Part shown: piece by piece, positions 50,767-53,578 of the stretch
Position numbering within the stretch: position 1 is the first letter of the stretch
How the letters are laid out: each line of letters begins with the position of its first letter
Source: Thermococcus sp.
GTDB taxonomy: Archaea; Methanobacteriota_B; Thermococci; Thermococcales; Thermococcaceae
NCBI GenBank assembly: GCA_015523195.1
Contig: WAKU01000024.1
Location: 1-53,578 of the forward strand
Direction: 5' to 3'
Length of the DNA: 53,578 nt
Made by a program: the position numbers and the translations under genes
Notes under the pieces: generated by a model
The model's input: the letters and a program-made list of their open reading frames with translations, nothing else
Told to the model about the DNA's origin: nothing
The model's database searches: none

Positions 50767-52149
50767 TCATTCAGAGAAGGTTATTATCTTCAGGTCTATG
50801 GGCCTCCTCACAACGTTGGCCTTCCTTGCGCCGACGAGGTACCTGATGCCCCTGTCGCTGACTATGTCGATGAGACGCTGCGTTATGATGCCGTTGAAAA
50901 CAACGGCGTAGACACCGTCTCTCCCGTTGATCTTTGAGAGCAGGTCCCTGACCGGTATCTCCGAGATGACGTTCATGTTCTCATCGAGGAGTATCGCCGT
51001 CTGCTCCCTCTTCACCCTGTCAATGAACCTCTTGAACTTCTCGATCTCCCCACCCTTGACCTGCTGGATGGGTCGTATTATCCTCTCCTGGGGCTTCTGG
51101 GCGGGGGCCTCCTCCACCTTCTCAACCTTCTCCGGCTTGGCCTCGATTTTCTTGGGTTCCTCGCTTACCGCTTGAGTTTTCTGAGCGGCGGCCTCGGCCT
51201 TCTTCTCCTTCACTATGTCGTAGAAGTTCCTCCCCTTGTAGAACATCTCGGTTATGACTTGCTCCGCTGGGATCTTGCTCCTCAGGGACTTGACGATCTC
51301 CTTCTTTGTCAGCTCCTCGACTTCCTTACCCTCCGGTGCCCTCGCAACGTAGTCCACATCCGCAACCTGCAGGAGCTCCTTTAGGATCAGCTCCCCGCCG
51401 CGGTCGCCGTCGGTGAAGGCCGTGACGATCCTCTCCTTGCTGAGCTTGATTATCGTCTCTGGTATGGAGGTCCCCTCGACGGCTATTGCGTTCTTTATGC
51501 CGTGCTTGAGCAGGTTGAGGACGTCGGCCCTTCCCTCGACGACTATGATGGAGTCTGAAAAGGGCACGTGCGGCCCAGCCGGGAGCTTCTCGGGCCCGTA
51601 CTCTATGAGCTCTTTAGCCCTGACTGCCTTCTTGACCTCCTCGGTGAGCTCCTGGGTCTCGGGTATCTCCTGCTCCATGAGGCTCTTGAGTATCTCCTTT
51701 GCCCTCTCGATTATGTACTTCCTCTTGGTGGCCCTGACGTCCTCTATGCGCAGAACCTTTATCTTGGCCTCCGCCGGGCCGACCCTGTCGATCGTTTCAA
51801 GCGCAGCGGCTAAGATCGCGGTCTCAACGCGGTCAAGGCTCGATGGAACGGTTATCGTTCCGTAGGTTTTCCCGGCCTTGGTGTGAACCTCAACCCTTAT
51901 CCTCCCTATCCTTCCGGTTTTCTGGAGCTCTCTAAGGTCAAGGTCATCCCCTAAAAGCCCCTCGGTCTGTCCAAAAATAGCGCCCACAACGTCCGGTCTT
52001 TCAACAACGCCGTTCGCCTCAAACTCGGCGTAGACTATGTACTTCGTGGTTCCGAATTCGTCTTTTGCTGACATACCATCACCCCTCATCCTTTCCGCCT
52101 TTCTCTTTTCCGCAAGTATCTGGTGAAGCACGTTCTTCTTCCTCTTCAT
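50767..52149 (-). CDS. dnaG: Archaeal DnaG (exosome-associated TOPRIM protein)
   Basis: GVVERPDVVGAIFGQTEGLLG, IVVEGRADV, FTDGDRGG. Confidence 0.95.
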   Translation of the reverse strand: MKRKKNVLHQILAEKRKAERMRGDGMSAKDEFGTTKYIVYAEFEANGVVERPDVVGAIFGQTEGLLGDDLDLRELQKTGRIGRIRVEVHTKAGKTYGTITVPSSLDRVETAILAAALETIDRVGPAEAKIKVLRIEDVRATKRKYIIERAKEILKSLMEQEIPETQELTEEVKKAVRAKELIEYGPEKLPAGPHVPFSDSIIVVEGRADVLNLLKHGIKNAIAVEGTSIPETIIKLSKERIVTAFTDGDRGGELILKELLQVADVDYVARAPEGKEVEELTKKEIVKSLRSKIPAEQVITEMFYKGRNFYDIVKEKKAEAAAQKTQAVSEEPKKIEAKPEKVEKVEEAPAQKPQERIIRPIQQVKGGEIEKFKRFIDRVKREQTAILLDENMNVISEIPVRDLLSKINGRDGVYAVVFNGIITQRLIDIVSDRGIRYLVGARKANVVRRPIDLKIITFSE

Positions 52150-52538
52150 TGAAACCCCTCCGAGAGGGGGCCAGAAACGGAGAGATAAAGGCTGTAAAGG
52201 TCTTCGACGCCCTTTACGTCCTTTTTGAGGATTTTCTTGAGCTCTTTTCTTGTCTTTGAGTCCACCCTGCAGGGATAGCCGCTCAGGTATCGAAGCAGCT
52301 TCCCCGCGAGTTCTTCACCCTTCCTGTCAAAGTCCGTCAGTATCATAACATCCCCATGCTTTGACGCGATGAGAGCTATCTCAGCGAGCGGTGAGCGCGA
52401 CAGTCTTATTATCTCCGCCCTGACCCCCAGATTCCTCAGAGCCACCTCGTCTCGCGGGCCCTCAACTATGATGGCCCCTTCAAACTCTCGCAGTTCCTCT
52501 ATAAGCCTGAGGAACCTTTTATAGTTTTCGGGGTACAT
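52146..52538 (-). CDS. Small TOPRIM domain protein (UPF0292-like)
   Basis: IIVEGPRD, ILTDFDRKGEEL, DVKGVEDL; overlaps the dnaG start. Confidence 0.88.
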   Translation of the reverse strand: MYPENYKRFLRLIEELREFEGAIIVEGPRDEVALRNLGVRAEIIRLSRSPLAEIALIASKHGDVMILTDFDRKGEELAGKLLRYLSGYPCRVDSKTRKELKKILKKDVKGVEDLYSLYLSVSGPLSEGFQ

Positions 52539-52580
52539 TCCGTCCCGCCGTTGTACCGGTTCCGTTATAAACCTTTTGGG

Positions 52581-52910
52581 CTATAGCCTTAACTCCCACC
52601 AGAGCCTGTAGTTACTCCTCTTTCCAGCGTATACTGCCAGAAGAGTCCCCAGAATGGGCAACGTCCAGAGTATTGCCGACTTCCAGCCGGTAGCGTTCGT
52701 TTTGACGCCTATTGCTATTGCAAGGGCGAAGCCGATGAAGAAACCTATGAAGGCGTAGAGCATGAGAGCCCCAAGCCTTGGCTTAAAGCTCAGGGCGTAA
52801 ACCCCGAGGAAGACTACAGCCAGAGAAACCGCGCCCACTGCATCTCCTTTCAGAGCGTAATACGCTCCGGCTGTGATGAAGATTAGGGCGATAACTGCAA
52901 CATCCCTCAT
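52581..52910 (-). CDS. Small hypothetical membrane protein (about 4 TM)
   Basis: Hydrophobic 109-aa ORF with GGTGG SD. Confidence 0.65.
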   Translation of the reverse strand: MRDVAVIALIFITAGAYYALKGDAVGAVSLAVVFLGVYALSFKPRLGALMLYAFIGFFIGFALAIAIGVKTNATGWKSAILWTLPILGTLLAVYAGKRSNYRLWWELRL

Positions 52911-52954
52911 ACGACCACCGGATTTAGTAAGGTGAAGGCGTTAAAAACCTTTGC

Positions 52955-53578
52955 TCAGCAGGCTTCATTTATTCCCCCGTGGTAGCTCATAGGCTCCTCG
53001 TAGAACTCCTCGATGAGTCTCTGGAGCCTCCTCGAAAGCTCTATCTGGACTCCCCAGGATCCCTCGATCTTCCCCTTTGCAGCCATCCTTCCCAAAAAGC
53101 GCTTCATCTCCTCGCTCAGGGGGGAGGGCTTACAGCGGGCCCAGGGCGTTCCAGGGAGGGGCATGAAGTAGTGGGCGCGAACTTTCCCGCCCTTCCTCAT
53201 GATCCACTTCATGAGCTCGATGCTCTTCCTCTGGCTTTCAACGCTCTCGTTGGGCAGGCCGACTATAAAATCGACAACGGGCTCGAAGCCGTACTCGACC
53301 ATGTATTCAACGGCTCTCTTGACGTGCTCCACCTTATGGAGCCTGTGCATTGCCTTCAGCATCGCATCGTCCCCGCTCTGGGCACCTATGGCCAAGCGCC
53401 TGTTGTCGGCGTAGTCTATGAGCAACTCCAGCGTCTCGGGTAAAACGAACTCCGGCCTTACCTCACTCGGGAAGGTGCCGTAAAACAGCCTCCTCCCCTC
53501 TTTCCTGAGGGGTTGAAGGGCCTTAAGGAGGGCTTCAAGCTTGTTCAGCTTGAGTACTGCCCCCGGCGAGCCGTAGGC
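52955..53578 (-). CDS. B12-binding/radical SAM protein, C-terminal part (partial)
   Basis: Open to the window end; YGTFPSEVRPE, IGAQSG, DFIVGLP, HYFMPLPGTP. Confidence 0.8.
   Translation of the reverse strand, partial: AYGSPGAVLKLNKLEALLKALQPLRKEGRRLFYGTFPSEVRPEFVLPETLELLIDYADNRRLAIGAQSGDDAMLKAMHRLHKVEHVKRAVEYMVEYGFEPVVDFIVGLPNESVESQRKSIELMKWIMRKGGKVRAHYFMPLPGTPWARCKPSPLSEEMKRFLGRMAAKGKIEGSWGVQIELSRRLQRLIEEFYEEPMSYHGGINEAC

Noticed and set aside
52565-52573. GTTataAAC short SurR-like motif
   Set aside because: Coincides with the TATA box of the TOPRIM/dnaG operon; expected by chance

Overview
Core-genome window of a hyperthermophilic archaeon of the order Thermococcales, almost certainly a Thermococcus (high-GC coding, GGTGA/GAGG SD sites, BRE-TATA promoters, CCA-encoding intronless tRNAs). 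In order: C-terminus of a RelE-like toxin, NADH oxidase, Tk-SP-type subtilase, secreted alpha/alpha protein, nucleotidyltransferase, branched-chain polyamine synthase BpsA, PP-loop ATPase, DUF59 protein, ferredoxin, nicotinate phosphoribosyltransferase, lipoprotein, MBL hydrolase, a doubly inactivated AbiE-type toxin-antitoxin pair, a structured RNA cluster with a C/D-box sRNA, an NfnII-like ferredoxin:NADP+ oxidoreductase, phosphopantothenate synthetase, a methylmalonyl-CoA accessory operon, the rpoH-B-A1-A2-rpl30e-nusA-rps12-rps7 operon, a second C/D sRNA, nre, the tungsten AOR-MoaD/SAMP-radical SAM operon, a DEAD-box helicase, tmk, pck, malP, gltX and dnaG. Seven tRNAs are present. No CRISPR array, intact mobile element, intein or rRNA was seen. 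The least explained elements are: the 13675-13839 RNA whose two C/D guides are complementary to a hairpin upstream in the same putative transcript; a palindromic non-coding motif recurring behind tRNA 3' ends; the deleted AbiE module; and an orphan, apparently leaderless gene between pck and malP. All calls are by eye, without database searches.
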